Shown here in pieces: positions 50,341-63,129 of a stretch of 64,000 nt of DNA. Both the position numbers and the translations under genes were made by a program. The stretch's first letter is position 1, and every line of letters begins with the position of its first letter. This stretch comes from Laetmonice hystrix (lineage: Eukaryota), in contig OZ249443.1 of assembly GCA_965235115.1 (NCBI GenBank), forward strand, positions 2,542,001 to 2,606,000, read 5' to 3'. Under the pieces are notes generated by a model, which saw only the letters and a program-made list of their open reading frames with translations, was not told the origin of the DNA and made no database searches.

Positions 50341-50797
50341 GTGGTTTCCATGAAGCGGTCACGATGAGAACCCTTACAGTAGTTGTTATCAAGGTGTGGT
50401 TTTGTTACTGTGAGTGTGTGACTGTATGAGTCACGGTGAGTGGGGGCCGGGGGGGGGGGGTCGTCCTCAGACATCACCAACACGTTCATGACATAGGTAT
50501 GAAGGCACGCTCCTTACTACAGCCCTGTCGTACAGTTGCTTTATTCTCTAGTTTTTTAAATCTCTGACACACTAACCCCAAAGGTCACCGTAACGCCGGC
50601 GTTCAGGTAACCTCGAGGTTAGGTGTAATGCTGATGTACATCAGGTTTGAGATGTACTATCAGCCCAGGTCGGGGTACAATGTCATGTACCCGGGGTGTT
50701 TGTATGTCAGGGGTGGAACGAGCCCCCGGCCATGGCAACGGAGGTCATTCTGGAGTCAACAACGTTTTGTCTTGTGGAATGGTTGTGTCCTGGCGAG

Positions 50798-51680
50798 CCA
50801 GTCTCCCGAACTGAGGACCCTCAGCGACCAGTCTCCCGAACTGAGGACCCTCACGGCCAGTCTCCCGAACTGAGGACCCTCCACGGCCAGTCTGCCGAAC
50901 TGAGGACCCTCACGGCCAGTCTGCCGAACTGAGGACCCTCAGCGGCCAGTCTGCCGAACTGAGGACCCTCACGGCCAGTCTCCCGAACTGAGGACCCTCA
51001 CGGCCAGTCTCCCGAACTGAGGACCCTCAGCGACCAGTCTGCCGAACTGAGAACCCTCCACGGCCAGTCTGCCGAACTGATGACCCTCCACGGCCAGTCT
51101 CCCGAACTGAGGACCCTCCACGGCCAGTCTCCCCAACTGATGACCCTCCACGGCCAGTCTCCCGAACTGAGGACCCTCCACGGCCAGTCTCCCCAACTGA
51201 TGACCCTCCACGGCCAGTCTCCCGAACTGAGGACCCTCCACGGCCAGTCTCCCGAACTGAGGACCCTCAGCGACCAGTCTCCCCAACTGATGACCCTCCA
51301 CGGCCAGTCTCCCGAACTGAGGACCCTCCACGGCCAGTCTCCCGAACTGAGGACCCTCACGGCCAGTCTCCCGAACTGAGGACCCTCCACGGCCAGTCTC
51401 CCGAACTGAGGACCCTCAGCGACCAGTCTCCCGAACTGAGGACCCTCCACGGCCAGTCTCCCGAACTGAGGACCCTCACGGCCAGTCTCCCCAACTGAGG
51501 ACCCTCCACGGCCAGTCTCCCAAACCGATGACCCCAGTCCTAACCAGAGAACCCTCCAGTCTCCCAAACAGAGGACCCTTTACGGCCTGTCTGTCAAACA
51601 GAGGACCCCCACGGCCTGTCTGTCAAACAGAGGACCCTCACGGCCAGTCTGTCAAACAGAGGACCCTCACGGCCTGCCTG
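50798..51680. repeat. 29/30-bp minisatellite, degenerating at the 3' end
   Basis: ccagtctcccgaactgaggaccctccacgg. Confidence 0.95.
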
Positions 51681-52567
51681 TCAAACAGAGGAGTTGAGTT
51701 ACGAGAGTAGGTCTGGTGAAAGAGGTCACTGACCAAGATACCTCTGGGCTGCCGAGTTGTGAGTGAGGAGATAGGTTTGAGGGTTAGTGTGAATACCCCC
51801 ACCCCCTCTACCCCCAAGATGATGGGACCCTTGGACACAGATCCTACTACCCCCCCCCCCCCCCCCCGAACAAAGTCCGAGCTTGAATCAAGTTTGAAAT
51901 GATGATACGTGGAAATGAGCGGCGTTAACACGAGGTGCAGCTTCCCAGGAATGGAACGCGAGGTGTGGCGGTCTGCCAGGAGGATTGGTCTGGAGGGTTT
52001 CACATGGGGGTGGTGTGGGAGGGGGTGTGGGAGGGGGTGAGGGGGGGTTGGGGGTGATTGGCACAGGGCCTGACGTATCACACCTACGGGCGCTACATGT
52101 GTCAGAGTGGAGGGCGAACTCATGTCCGAAACCACAGGCAGTTCTTACGGCCTGTTCACGGCTTGATCAGTGCCTGTTCAAGGGCGGTACATGTGTCAGA
52201 GTGGAGCGCGAACTCATGTCCGAAACCACAGGCAGTTCTTACGGCTTGTTCACGGCTTGATCAGTGCCTGTTCACGGCCTGTTCATGGCTTGTTCACGGC
52301 TTGATAAGTGCTTGTTCAAGACATGTTCACGGCCTGTTCAAGGATGTCTTGGATGTCCCACTTCTCACCTTGTCCCATTTTGTCCAGATGTCCGCTCCGA
52401 TTTACACCATTATCTTTACCTATTTTACTCTGATTCCGTCCTTGTTTTTGTCAAACTTTGTCCTGGCTCTATAAAAGTTTTCCCCAAAGTTTATTACCCA
52501 TTTTGTTCCTGAAATCTCAATATCTGCCGCATTTGGACCCGATTGGTTCTCAGGTTCTACTCTGACA

Positions 52568-52862
52568 ATATCCCAACTTTGACGTGTCGCTCGCACTGAT
52601 GGCAGAGAGATTCCATGGCCCCTGAAATACCTCAATACTTGGTAAGGTGAACCTGTTAACAGGAAGATAATATCCCAACTTTGACGTGTCGCTCGGACTG
52701 ATGGCAGAGAGATTCCATCAGAAATACCTCAATACTTGGTAAGGTGAACCTGTTAACAGGAAGATAATATCCCAACTTTGACGTGTCGCTCGGACTGATG
52801 GCAGAGAGATTCCATCAGAAATACCTCAATACTTGGTAAGGTGAACCTGTTTACAGGAAGAT
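52568..52862. repeat. ~100-bp tandem repeat, 3 copies
   Basis: atatcccaactttgacgtgtcgctc... at ~52568, 52670, 52767. Confidence 0.92.
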
Positions 52863-53007
52863 CCCCGGGAGTCACCTTGACAAAATGACCGAGTTAGTGG
52901 GACCAGAAAAAGTGGCCGAGTATGAAGTGATGTTGTAAAGAAGACAGTTAATGTTAGTGTCAGAGTTTGTCGTACATACTGGCAGCATTGTGTGGATGGT
53001 TGTGGGG

Positions 53008-53527
53008 GTGTTTAGAGAGGGTAGACTGTATGTAAATCTATGTAAGAGGGGTGTTTAGAGAGGGTAGACTGTATGTAAATCTATGTAAGAGGGGTGTTTA
53101 GAGAGGGTAGACTGTATGTAAATCTATGTAAGAGGGGTGTTTAGAGAGGGTAGAGTGTATGTAAATCTATGTAAGAGGGGTGTTTAGAGAGGGTAGACTG
53201 TATGTAAATCTATGTAAGAGGGGTGTTTAGAGAGGGTAGACTGTATGTAAATCTATGTAAGAGGGGTGTTTAGAGAGGGTAGACTGTATGTAAATCTATG
53301 TAAGAGGGGTGTTTAGAGAGGGTAGAGTGTATGTAAATCTATGTAAGAGGGGTGTTTAGAGAGGGTAGACTGTATGTAAATCTATGTAAGAGGGGTGTTT
53401 AGAGAGGGTAGACTGTATGTAAATCTATGTAAGAGGGGTGTTTAGAGAGGGTAGAGTGTATGTAAATCTATGTAAGAGGGGTGTTTAGAGAGGGTAGAGT
53501 GTATGTAAATCTATGTAAGAGGGGTGT
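53008..53527. repeat. 43-bp minisatellite, 12 copies
   Basis: gtgtttagagagggtagactgtatgtaaatctatgtaagaggg. Confidence 0.97.
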
Positions 53528-54483
53528 AAATTATCTGAGGCTATTACCCTGTGGTAACATGGTCATGGAATTAAGGGAATTAAGGTCTAGGGACCTTACG
53601 TACGGGAAGGGGGAAGGGGCAGGTCTAGGGGTAGCAATTAGTTTTAGGTGAAGGGACCTTACGAATGCGGGGGTTGGATTTATGTCCTAGGCTAGGAATG
53701 GCGATAGAATGTGATATCTTACCACCCCATTCCGTGAGATGTTAATATAAGGGATGAAGCTATGACAACCGATTCCCGGTGTGGGGGAGTTGTATTGTGT
53801 GAGATGGTGGAGGGAGACGGTCACCCAGACACTGGTCTCAGTGTTTAGATTGAGATGAGTGCGGGGGGGGGGGTGTTCTGTTGGATTGTTGGGGTAAAAG
53901 GGTGTTTGAGATCACAGGTTGACAATCACCCAGCTGCAGACGTACGCCCAGGGAGGTATACGGTAATATTATCTCAAATTAAAAAAAGAAAACCAGCCGA
54001 ACTTGAGAATTGTATGAGAATTCAGGTATTTCCAGTGGATCACTGGAGCCCGGGAGGTGTACACGCACGGTCCAGTGAACCCTTTCACTGGACATACACT
54101 TTGTTCGCTAACATTGTAAACAATTTGTTTTATGAAAACTGCACAAACTGGGTCGCCAAGTGAAACAGGTTACTTCGTGTCGATATTAGCATGCCGTATG
54201 GACCACAATACCGAGGAGGAAGGAAAGTGTTTGAGTGTTTGAGGTGTCAACTTGTGTTTGTGAGGAGGACACGACACAGCCCGCTTGTTGTCACACCTGA
54301 CCAAGTAAACAATGGAAGACGACACTAAACGTCAGACTACATCTTCATAAATTCCACTTGACCATTGTTGGTGTAAACGCCCCCAAGTGAACGCTGTGAA
54401 TTAAAAGGTCGAATATAGGTGTCAGCTAACGCCCCCTAGCCCTGGCAGCCGGAACTAGACTCTTCACCTAAACCCGAACATTG

Positions 54484-55075
54484 GAAGTCGGTGATCCACG
54501 AAGTCGGTGATCCACTTGAAGTCGGTGATCCACTTTAAGTCGGTGGTCCACTTTAAGTCGGTGGTCCACTTTAAAGCAGCAGTCTCGTCCGTTAGACCAT
54601 GCTCGCAACCACCTCGGCCTAGTGACCTATTTCACGTCCATCCTATGCTGTAGCATAGGAACTGACATCTATAAATAGCACATCGACCGTTAGGGTGGAC
54701 CCCTTATCGCACAATGCTGAAGGACGAGACCCTCGCTTTAAGTCGGTAGTCCACTTTAAGTCGGTAGTCCATTTCAAGTCGGTAGTCCACTTTAAGTCGG
54801 TAGTCCACTTTAAGTCGGTAGTCCATTTCAAGTCGGTAGTCCACTTTAAGTCGGTAGTCCACTTTAAGTCGGTGGTCCACTTTAAGTCGGTAGTCCACTT
54901 TAAGTCGGTAGTCCATTTCAAGTCGGTAGTCCACTTTAAGTCGGTAGTCCACTTTAAGTCGGCGATCCACTTTAAGTCGGTGATCCACTTTAAGTCGGTA
55001 CTCCACTTTAGGTCGGTGGTCCACTTTAAGTCGGTGATCCACTTTAAGTCTTAAGGCTGTGGTCCACTTTTAACC
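54484..55075. repeat. two blocks of an 18-bp repeat (ttaagtcggtagtccact) separated by ~160 bp of unique sequence
   Basis: Blocks at 54484-54575 and 54737-55075, same orientation. Confidence 0.95.
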
Positions 55076-55611
55076 ACGTTATCCATTCCGCTGTCTGTTT
55101 GTCGATAGAGTTTTAATTCCTACCACCAAATTCTGTGTACGTCCATAGAACTGTACTCGAGTACAGTTCTATGGTACATCCTACCAGTACCATGAGGGGT
55201 GTACCATTTGACAGGCGAGTTTATCGTTTGGGATCCACTCAGACAGGTTATCGGATGATGGAGGGGGAGGGCAGTCAGGGTATGGGACCACAGGGGAAGG
55301 GGGTTGAAACTTCACCCTGCAGGGGTTTAAAGGTCAAGGGTCACTGGAGTGATCATCCGGTGGAGTTTGGGGTTTCTCTGGGTGCGGAGGGTGTGGGGTG
55401 TGACCCCGCCTTGACCCCGGGATCGGGTTATATCGCTAACCCCAACCCCCTTCCCAACATGGCCCTTCATGTTACATCTCATGGAAAGTTTCCATCCGGG
55501 ACCTGGCGTCGGGGTCATGGGAGTACAAAAGACGGGGTGAATTTGAAGAGTGAAGGTTTGTAAAGCAAAATTAAGATTTCGTTGTTTCTGAAAGATGTTG
55601 TTTGACCTGAG

Positions 55612-55950
55612 TGTGTACCTGTGTGACAGATTCGTACAGGTACCACCAGGTGTGACGGTTACAGGTGAGGTCGGTACCTGTGTGACAGACTCGTACAGGT
55701 ACCACCAGGTGTGACGGTTACAGGTGAGGTCGGTACCTGTGTGACAGACTCGTACAGGTACCACCAGGTGTGACGGTTACAGGTGAGGTCGGTACCTGTG
55801 TGACAGACTCGTACAGGTACCACCAGGTGTGACGGTTACAGGTGAGGTCGGTACCTGTGTGACAGACTCGTACAGGTACCACCGGGTGAGGTCGGTACCT
55901 GTGTGACAGACTCGTACAGGTACCACCAGGTGTGACGGTTACAGGTGAGG
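55612..55950. repeat. 59-bp minisatellite, ~6 copies (one internally deleted)
   Basis: gtacctgtgtgacagactcgtacaggtaccaccaggtgtgacggttacaggtgaggtcg. Confidence 0.95.
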
Positions 55951-56584
55951 CTTCCCCCACACTGGAGGGTCGGGTCACGGGAGGAGGAGGTCGAATTATT
56001 CCTGGACAAAAAGCTGAAATCTACGTTGTTTCCATAGAAACCAAGAAGAACTATAGCCTGGCCATGGCAACTTTTCTGAGGATATTCATTTAGAATTGAA
56101 GATCTTTCAAAAACTCATATTTAAAAAAATATTAATTTGCTCAGACTTAGGTGGTTGCCTTGGAAAGCATAGCAAATACTAGGCGGGACAAATTTGTTCC
56201 TATGATCCACTCTGGCTAGATTGTGTTGCTAAGCTTCCCCTCAAGAAGAGCTTTGTCGTGGTTTGTTGGTGACGGATGTGTTGTGGCGACCCACAACGTT
56301 AACCAAGGAAGTGTTGGTAGACACTGGGCACGAGGAGGATGGCAGTGTGATGTTGTGGTCACACAAACAGTAGACACTCGGAGAGTAATGTTTAAACTTG
56401 TCTCAGGACGTCGTGCAAGGTTTACAGGTTATCGAGTTGTGTCTACATCTAGCTATGTGGGAGGTGACATTGTGGTACGACCTCATGTAGTACGGGAAAC
56501 TTGTCTCAGGACGTCGTGCAAGGTTTACAGGTTATCGAGTTGTGTCTACATCTAGCTATGTGGGAGGTGACATTGTGGTACGAC

Positions 56585-56671
56585 CTCATGTAGAACGGGC
56601 AACACAGTCTTGCAGCCGTCGGTCGGGAGCGACTTCCCTGACGTCGTGTCCACGGTCACTGACTTGACAAT
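56585..56671 (-). CDS. candidate minus-strand exon IVKSVTVDTTSGKSLPTDGCKTVLPVLHE
   Basis: Strong acceptor ataactcctttcag, GC3-rich open frame, weak donor GAG|gtcgta. Confidence 0.35.
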
Positions 56672-57074
56672 CTGAAAGGAGTTATAATAATGGTATTATA
56701 GCTAAAAGAGATGATTTTATACTTATCCATAGTTAACCTACATATAGGTACAGAACCAAAGATTAACCAAATAATAACCTGTTATTGAAGTTCTTTTACT
56801 GAAAGGACATTACCTCGAATTTACGCGACCAATCAGATCCCTGTAACTTCCTGTAGAAGTTTTACTGTAAACTATATTTATTACAGAGTTTATGTTGAGA
56901 TCCCAGATCCAGTAATGTAGGCCTACTGTCAAGTATCAAAGAGTTTATGTTGAGATCCCAGATCCAGTAATGTAGGCCTACTGTCAACTATATTTATTGC
57001 TGGCCACTGGCGGATACACGAGGATCCGACCACTGAGAACAAAGACACATTTAGAACTCTAACGGTTTGACCTT

Positions 57075-57400
57075 GACCCCTAATAATTCATGTCACGTTC
57101 ACGAACGTTACGTATTGATTTATATATAACGGACTTCAGTCGATTGTATTCAGCAGTCAGTGATTGTAGATCGTAAATATTTATAGATGACAAACTATGG
57201 GTATGAGGTTTTAATAGCTTACGGAATATAGCTTTTATAGACAGTAATACATAGCCTTCAGTGTCCGGTGGGTCAGGTACCCACGTACGCCTATTTATCG
57301 CACCATTAAACCTGAAAGTTGGTTCAGCAACATGTCCGTAAATGTACGGAGATATAGGACTTAGTGTTTCAATTATTCTCGTCCAGGACTTCAACCCTGA
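57075..57400 (-). mobile_element. decayed LINE fragment (post-RT region)
   Basis: Interrupted frame ...GYLTHRTLKAMYYCL*K... matches the YL...TLK.MYYSL..P.L.Y motif of L2/CR1 ORF2. Confidence 0.45.
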
Positions 57401-58563
57401 GCGAACAACGGAAATATCAAAGGTATGTCTGCAATTTTAGATAGGTGTCGCCCACTCTCGATACCAGATGGCGCTGCAGTATGACACAAACCCGACACTT
57501 GTCGTTGACGGCGATAGCCGACGTACTTTTACGTCTTGACGCAGCCTGTAACAGGTTGACCCCTGTGAACTCTGACCCTGGTGACCTCTGTAGGACACAG
57601 CAGAGGGATCTAAGTCAGGTGTTTCCCAGAGTGCGGTTTCTTTGTCGGAATTCGACTAAAAGAGTATTCAATGCAGTGTGTAAGGGCAAACCTCAGCTAG
57701 ATTGAAATTCCGTTGTTCTTTGTAATAGTCACGATTGGCTCTGTAACAAGGGGTTTTAACCTTTCAGCACACATGTGTCCTTGAGGTATTTGACCTTGTC
57801 GTCACAGAGAAGGTCATTGTGACACAACCTCTTACATTGTGGGACTTGATGCCACCTCCTTCAATCTTTGTTTATGAACCAAAGTGCTGAATCAGCGAAA
57901 ACAAACTCCACCAATGGTCTCAAGTGGTGTTTCATCCCTGAAGAATGCGGTTCTCGGGGACAAGGTCAGTGTGGATGACCTTGAGTTAGGGCGATGTTTG
58001 GGCAGTGTGTTGGTGAGCGGAGGGAGTGGAGTTTAGTGATGAAAGCTGGGAGATGATGGAAGGAGAGAAGTGAAGAAAATATGTAACCGTAGTGGTGTGG
58101 GAACGACGGCAAGCCTGCTGAAATATGTCAAGGTCATCTCCCCATCGGGTCAAGCTCAGGGAATTCCAGATGTCATGATGTAAAAAAAAAATCCGATGTC
58201 GCGAAACTTGAATGATTTAAGATTTTAATGTTACTATACGAAGATCCCATTCAATTATTTAATTATTAGATAAGATTTAAGTAGTGTATTATATCCTCAC
58301 AATAGGGTTTATACTCGCTGTATTTAGGCTCATCTAGTGTGGACTTGGTGTGTAACGTGGTGAAACAGTGACTGGGACAGTGGTGGGTGTTTCTATGACG
58401 ACGACCCTATGGGAGTCTCGAACTGGACGTCATACAAGGAAGTCAGACCTTCAAGGTCAGACAAATCCAATTTTATTTTACTCACAAATACAATAAACAG
58501 TCGACTCCAGCGAAAACAGCACCGTTGCCATGGGTCCGTGGTCAGATGATTGGTATTTAACCT

Positions 58564-58745
58564 ACCCCTGGCTGTATCACCCCGGGGTGGGGTATTGGTC
58601 ACCCTTACCCCCACCCCTGGCTGTATCACCCCGGGGTGGGGTATTGGTCACCCTTACCCCCACCCCTGGCTGTACCAACCCGGGGTGGGGTATTGGTCAC
58701 CCTTACCCCCACCCTTGGCTGTATCACCCCGGGGTGGGAGGGGTG
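58564..58745. repeat. 49-bp tandem repeat, ~4 copies
   Basis: ctggctgtatcaccccggggtggggtattggtcacccttaccccaccc. Confidence 0.92.
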
Positions 58746-58986
58746 GGGTATTGGCCAACTGTCGAGTTACCTCGGTGGGTAGGATATATGCTGCTGGCTA
58801 TTTACTTACTGACCACAACTGTGGATAGGTGATTGACAGTGGTCAGCCCAGACCCAGGGGCCCGTCTTACTGGTTAAAAACGATATCGTTAAATTACATA
58901 GGAGCCAATGAGAACCCGACTGGTTATTAACTAGTGGCCTCCCATTCACTTCTATAATGGGTTAGGGTTAGGGTTAGGGTTAACCA

Positions 58987-59340
58987 GTAGGTCCGGGTCT
59001 GGGACTGGGTCTGGTCCAGCCAGAGAAGAAGTAGGTCCGGGTCTGGGACTGGGTCTGGTCCAGCCAGAGAAGAAGTAGGTCCGGGTCTGGGACTGGGTCT
59101 GGTCCAGCCAGAGAAGAAGTAGGTCCGGGTCTGGGACTGGGTCTGGTCCAGCCAGAGAAGAAGTAGGTCCGGGTCTGGGACTGGGTCTGGTCCAGCCAGA
59201 GAAGAAGTAGGTCCGGGTCTGGGACTGGGTCTGGTCCAGCCAGAGAAGAAGTAGGTCCGGGTCTGGGACTGGGTCTGGTCCAGCCAGAGAAGAAGTAGGT
59301 CCGGGTCTGGGACTGGGTCTGGTCCAGCCAGAGAAGAAGA
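58987..59340. repeat. 44-bp minisatellite, 8 copies, preceded by (GGGTTA)4 at 58959-58982
   Basis: gtaggtccgggtctgggactgggtctggtccagccagagaagaa. Confidence 0.96.
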
Positions 59341-59649
59341 ACTCATATTTTCAGAATGTTATTGGTATTATTCCCAGATGTGTTGCTATCTGACCCGATT
59401 AATTTAATAATGAGATAATTGAGTACAACCAAACTATAATCACCTTCGGCTGTGGCCTGTCGGGAACGAGGCTACCAGCAGATACTATCACTGCCATCTG
59501 GTGGCAGGAATGTGCGTTCCTGAGTGTCCCGCACTCAATCTGAGCTGTAAATCTGATTGGTAATTAACTGATTATGTAGAGTTGTGAAACTAATGACTTA
59601 ACAGATGTTGACATGAGATTTACAAACGTATGGTAAACTCATTTAATTA

Positions 59650-60050
59650 ACCTAACGTTACATACCATCAACAGGGAGGTTAGAGATGTAACGAGACGTT
59701 TGGCTCAGTGATTGGATACCGTAATACTGCAGCGATAACGTTAACGGTTAACGGTAAACGTTAACGGTAACGATAAACGTTAACCTAACGTTACATACCA
59801 TCAACAGGGAGGTTAGAGATGTAACGAGACGATTGACTCAGTGATTGGATACCGTAATACTGCAGCGATAACGTTAACGGTTAACGGTAAACGTTAACGG
59901 TAACGATAAACGTTAGCCTAACGTTACATACCATCAGCAGGGAGGTTAGAGATGTAACGAGACGATTGGCTCAGTGATTGGATACCGGAATACTGCAGCG
60001 ATAACGTTAACGGTTAACGGTAAACGTTAACGGTAAACGTTAACGTTAAC
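59650..60050. repeat. 133-bp tandem repeat, 3 copies
   Basis: taacgttacataccatc... at 59653, 59786, 59919. Confidence 0.95.
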
Positions 60051-61579
60051 GATAAATGATAACGACATAAAAATGATGTCAGTGCAGTCATGTGTACAAG
60101 GTCGACCAGAAGGGTAACTAACTATATTAGGAGTTAGGGGTATTCCCCCTCCTCCAATCGGAACTATTATCCTGGTGATTTCCCTACAGGGGGTAGTAAT
60201 CTGAGAAAGTGACACTAACCTAGTACCTACACTCTCAGTTTTAGTCAGTGCCGCCAACTCTGAAAAAGGCAGTTTTTTCCTGCGAGTATTTCCAGCACGG
60301 ATACAATATGAGAATATCAGGTCCGGAATATGACTCAGCCACTGTCTTTTATTCAATCCGAAATGTTGAAGTCCGTTTAACATTCTGAACACGTCCTTCT
60401 GATTGGTTGATTCAGACAGAGAACGCTGTAACCATGGCGACCAGACTGGCTGTATCCAGTGGTAACAGAGGAGGACAGAACGTCATGAACAATTCACAGT
60501 TAGGCAGATTGATGGATGCAGAAACACATAAATTGAAATGTACGGGCAGGAAGGACTGCCAAATGTGTAATGTCCGAGCCTTGTATGATGGGAAAATGAT
60601 GTTGCACGCCCTCTAGCGGTCTATGGCGCAGATAAATAGTGGTGGTCAGTGAATTATGATCGCGACGGTCGGCGACAGTGATAAACGACCACCAGGGGGC
60701 TCTGTGATCGAGGGCGTCCGACAAACACAATCTGACTGGATGAATGTAAACCACGGACTGTGTACGTCGGACGAGGAACGGACCAGACTTGTAAAGTCTG
60801 TATATATAGAGAGGGCAGGCTGGCAGTACCCTCACCGACTGGTCTCACCAACCATTGTACACAGACGCCGCGATCAAATCCCTTTGTTCTTCAAACAAAG
60901 CCAGCCAATACAAAACAAAGGTACAAAGGTTAATGAGACGCTCAAGGACCCTCATCTTGTCGGTCTCCCAGCCATAATCTGTTCATTTCCCTGTCGCCAT
61001 CCACTCGTCCTCACTAACGTCTTCCCGAGGGGCCGTAGATCAGGGTTTTATTATTCAGCTTTCAAAGAGTTATTAAAAGACGAAATCGTTCCTGGACGCC
61101 TCTTTGTGTTATGAGCCTCTGGTGGTGAAAAATCAATTCTGTTTTTTTTTGGTAGAGGACAAATTGTTCTTTGAAGGTTTAAAAAACTGTTGGCTATGGA
61201 TGAAAGTATCAGTATTCCGCCTTGGAGGTTTCCATTAAAGGAGTTACGTCACCATGTCTGTGGTACCATCACCCGTCCCGCTATATTGATGGTTCATGAA
61301 CAGGTTTTGTCTTCCATTATGTTCTTATGGAGCGTTCTATGATCTTCGTCTTGAGTTCTTATAATATCTCCCTGGTCACATGACATGGGGTGGGGTTAGG
61401 GGGTGGTTCACGACATGGGGTGGGGTTAGGGGGTAAGGTTTATGGGGTGGTTCACGACAGAGTGAGGGAAAATCTTGGAATTCCACGAAGATAAAGCCCA
61501 GAGGTTTCAGGCACGTCGATCTTCAGGTCTTTAGAAACTCATATCGTAAGGTCAGACAGGTCAGAGACCAGCCACTAAG

Positions 61580-61682
61580 TACCAAGGGTTGCCAAGGGTT
61601 ACCAAGGGTTACCAAGGGTTACCAAGGGTTACCAAGGGTTACCAAGGGTTACCAAGGGTTACCAAGGGTTACCAAGGGTTAC
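61580..61682. repeat. 10-bp repeat (accaagggtt), ~10 copies
   Basis: Directly visible. Confidence 0.95.
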
Positions 61683-62261
61683 GGTACTGGGGTAGAATGG
61701 GGTTACTGGAGACAGGGGATAATCAGTTTTGGAGTGTGAGTATCGGGGTAGGGGGCCAGAAACCCCCGCTGGTGTAACCAATGGCAACAGGTTTCTACTT
61801 GAACATAGGTATGGTAAATTATTAAATAAAAGGTGTAGGCACAGGAGGGAGCTTGTTATCAAGGTAACCTCTGAACTCTGACCCTGGCCGCTCAACCTCT
61901 GACCCCGGGAGTGGCAGACCTATCGATACCATGGTTATATCAAGTTGTCACCATGGTAACGAACCTGTCCTTAGCAACGGACAATTCTGCTGCTATGGGA
62001 AGAAAACTGACTTGTAGTGACAGTCATAGTTACCATGGTAACATAATTATCGGTCGCCTAGTAACGGCTATATTTACGACCACCGGTACCATCACTGTGT
62101 GAAGATATTATCTCTCACGACTCTAGGTAGTGTTTGTTTGGAGTTATTTGGGTTCGTGATTCGATATCACGGAGATAAATGTGTGTGGGTAGGACAGTTA
62201 GGACGGACAGACATGAATACATTCAGACACATAAATCAAAGACCGACTGTGGGGGCTGGGT

Positions 62262-63129
62262 GAACGCCAATACTGGGCACACTGGAACTCGTAGATCCAC
62301 CTTGAACGCCAACACTGGGCTTTACTGGAACTCGTAGATCCACCTTGAACGCCAACACTGGGCTTCCGTACACTGGAACTCGTAGATCCACCTTGAACGC
62401 CAACACTGGGCTTCCTTACACTGGAACTCGTAGATCTATCCACCTTGAACGCCAACACTGGGCTTCCTTACACTGGAACTCGTAGATCCACCTTGAACGC
62501 CAACACTGGGCTTACACTGGAACTCGTAGATCCACCTTGAACGCCAACACTGGGCTTCCGTACACTGGAACTCGTAGATCTATCCACCTTGAACGCCAAC
62601 ACTGGGCTTCCTTACACTGGAACTCGTAGATCCACCTTGAACGCCAACACTGGGCTTACACTGGAACTCGTAGATCCACCTTGAACGCCAACACTGGGCT
62701 TCCTTACATTGGAACTCGTAGATCTATCCACCTTGAACGCTAACAATGGGCTTCCTTACACTGGAACTCGTAGATCCACCTTGAACGCCAACACTGGGCT
62801 TCCTTACACTGGAACTCGTAGATCCACCTTGAACGCCAACACTGGGCTTCCTTACACTGGAACTCGTAGATCTATCCACCTTGAACGCCAACACTGGGCT
62901 TCCTTACACTGGAACTCGTAGATCCACCTTGAACGCCAACACTGGGCTTCCTTACACTGGAACTCGTAGATCCACCTTGAACGCCAACACTGGGCTTCCT
63001 TACACTGGAACTCGTAGATCCACCTTGAACGCCAACACTGGGCTTCCTTACACTGGAACTCGTAGATCCACCTTGAACGCCAACACTGGGCTTCCTTACA
63101 CTGGAACTCGTAGATCCACCTTGAACGCC
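62262..63129. repeat. 44-52-bp minisatellite, ~18 copies
   Basis: ccaccttgaacgccaacactgggcttccttacactggaactcgtagat with length variants. Confidence 0.96.

Noticed and set aside
58959-58982. Telomere or interstitial telomeric fusion site
   Set aside because: Only four GGGTTA units; such tracts are common in dispersed elements in this window.
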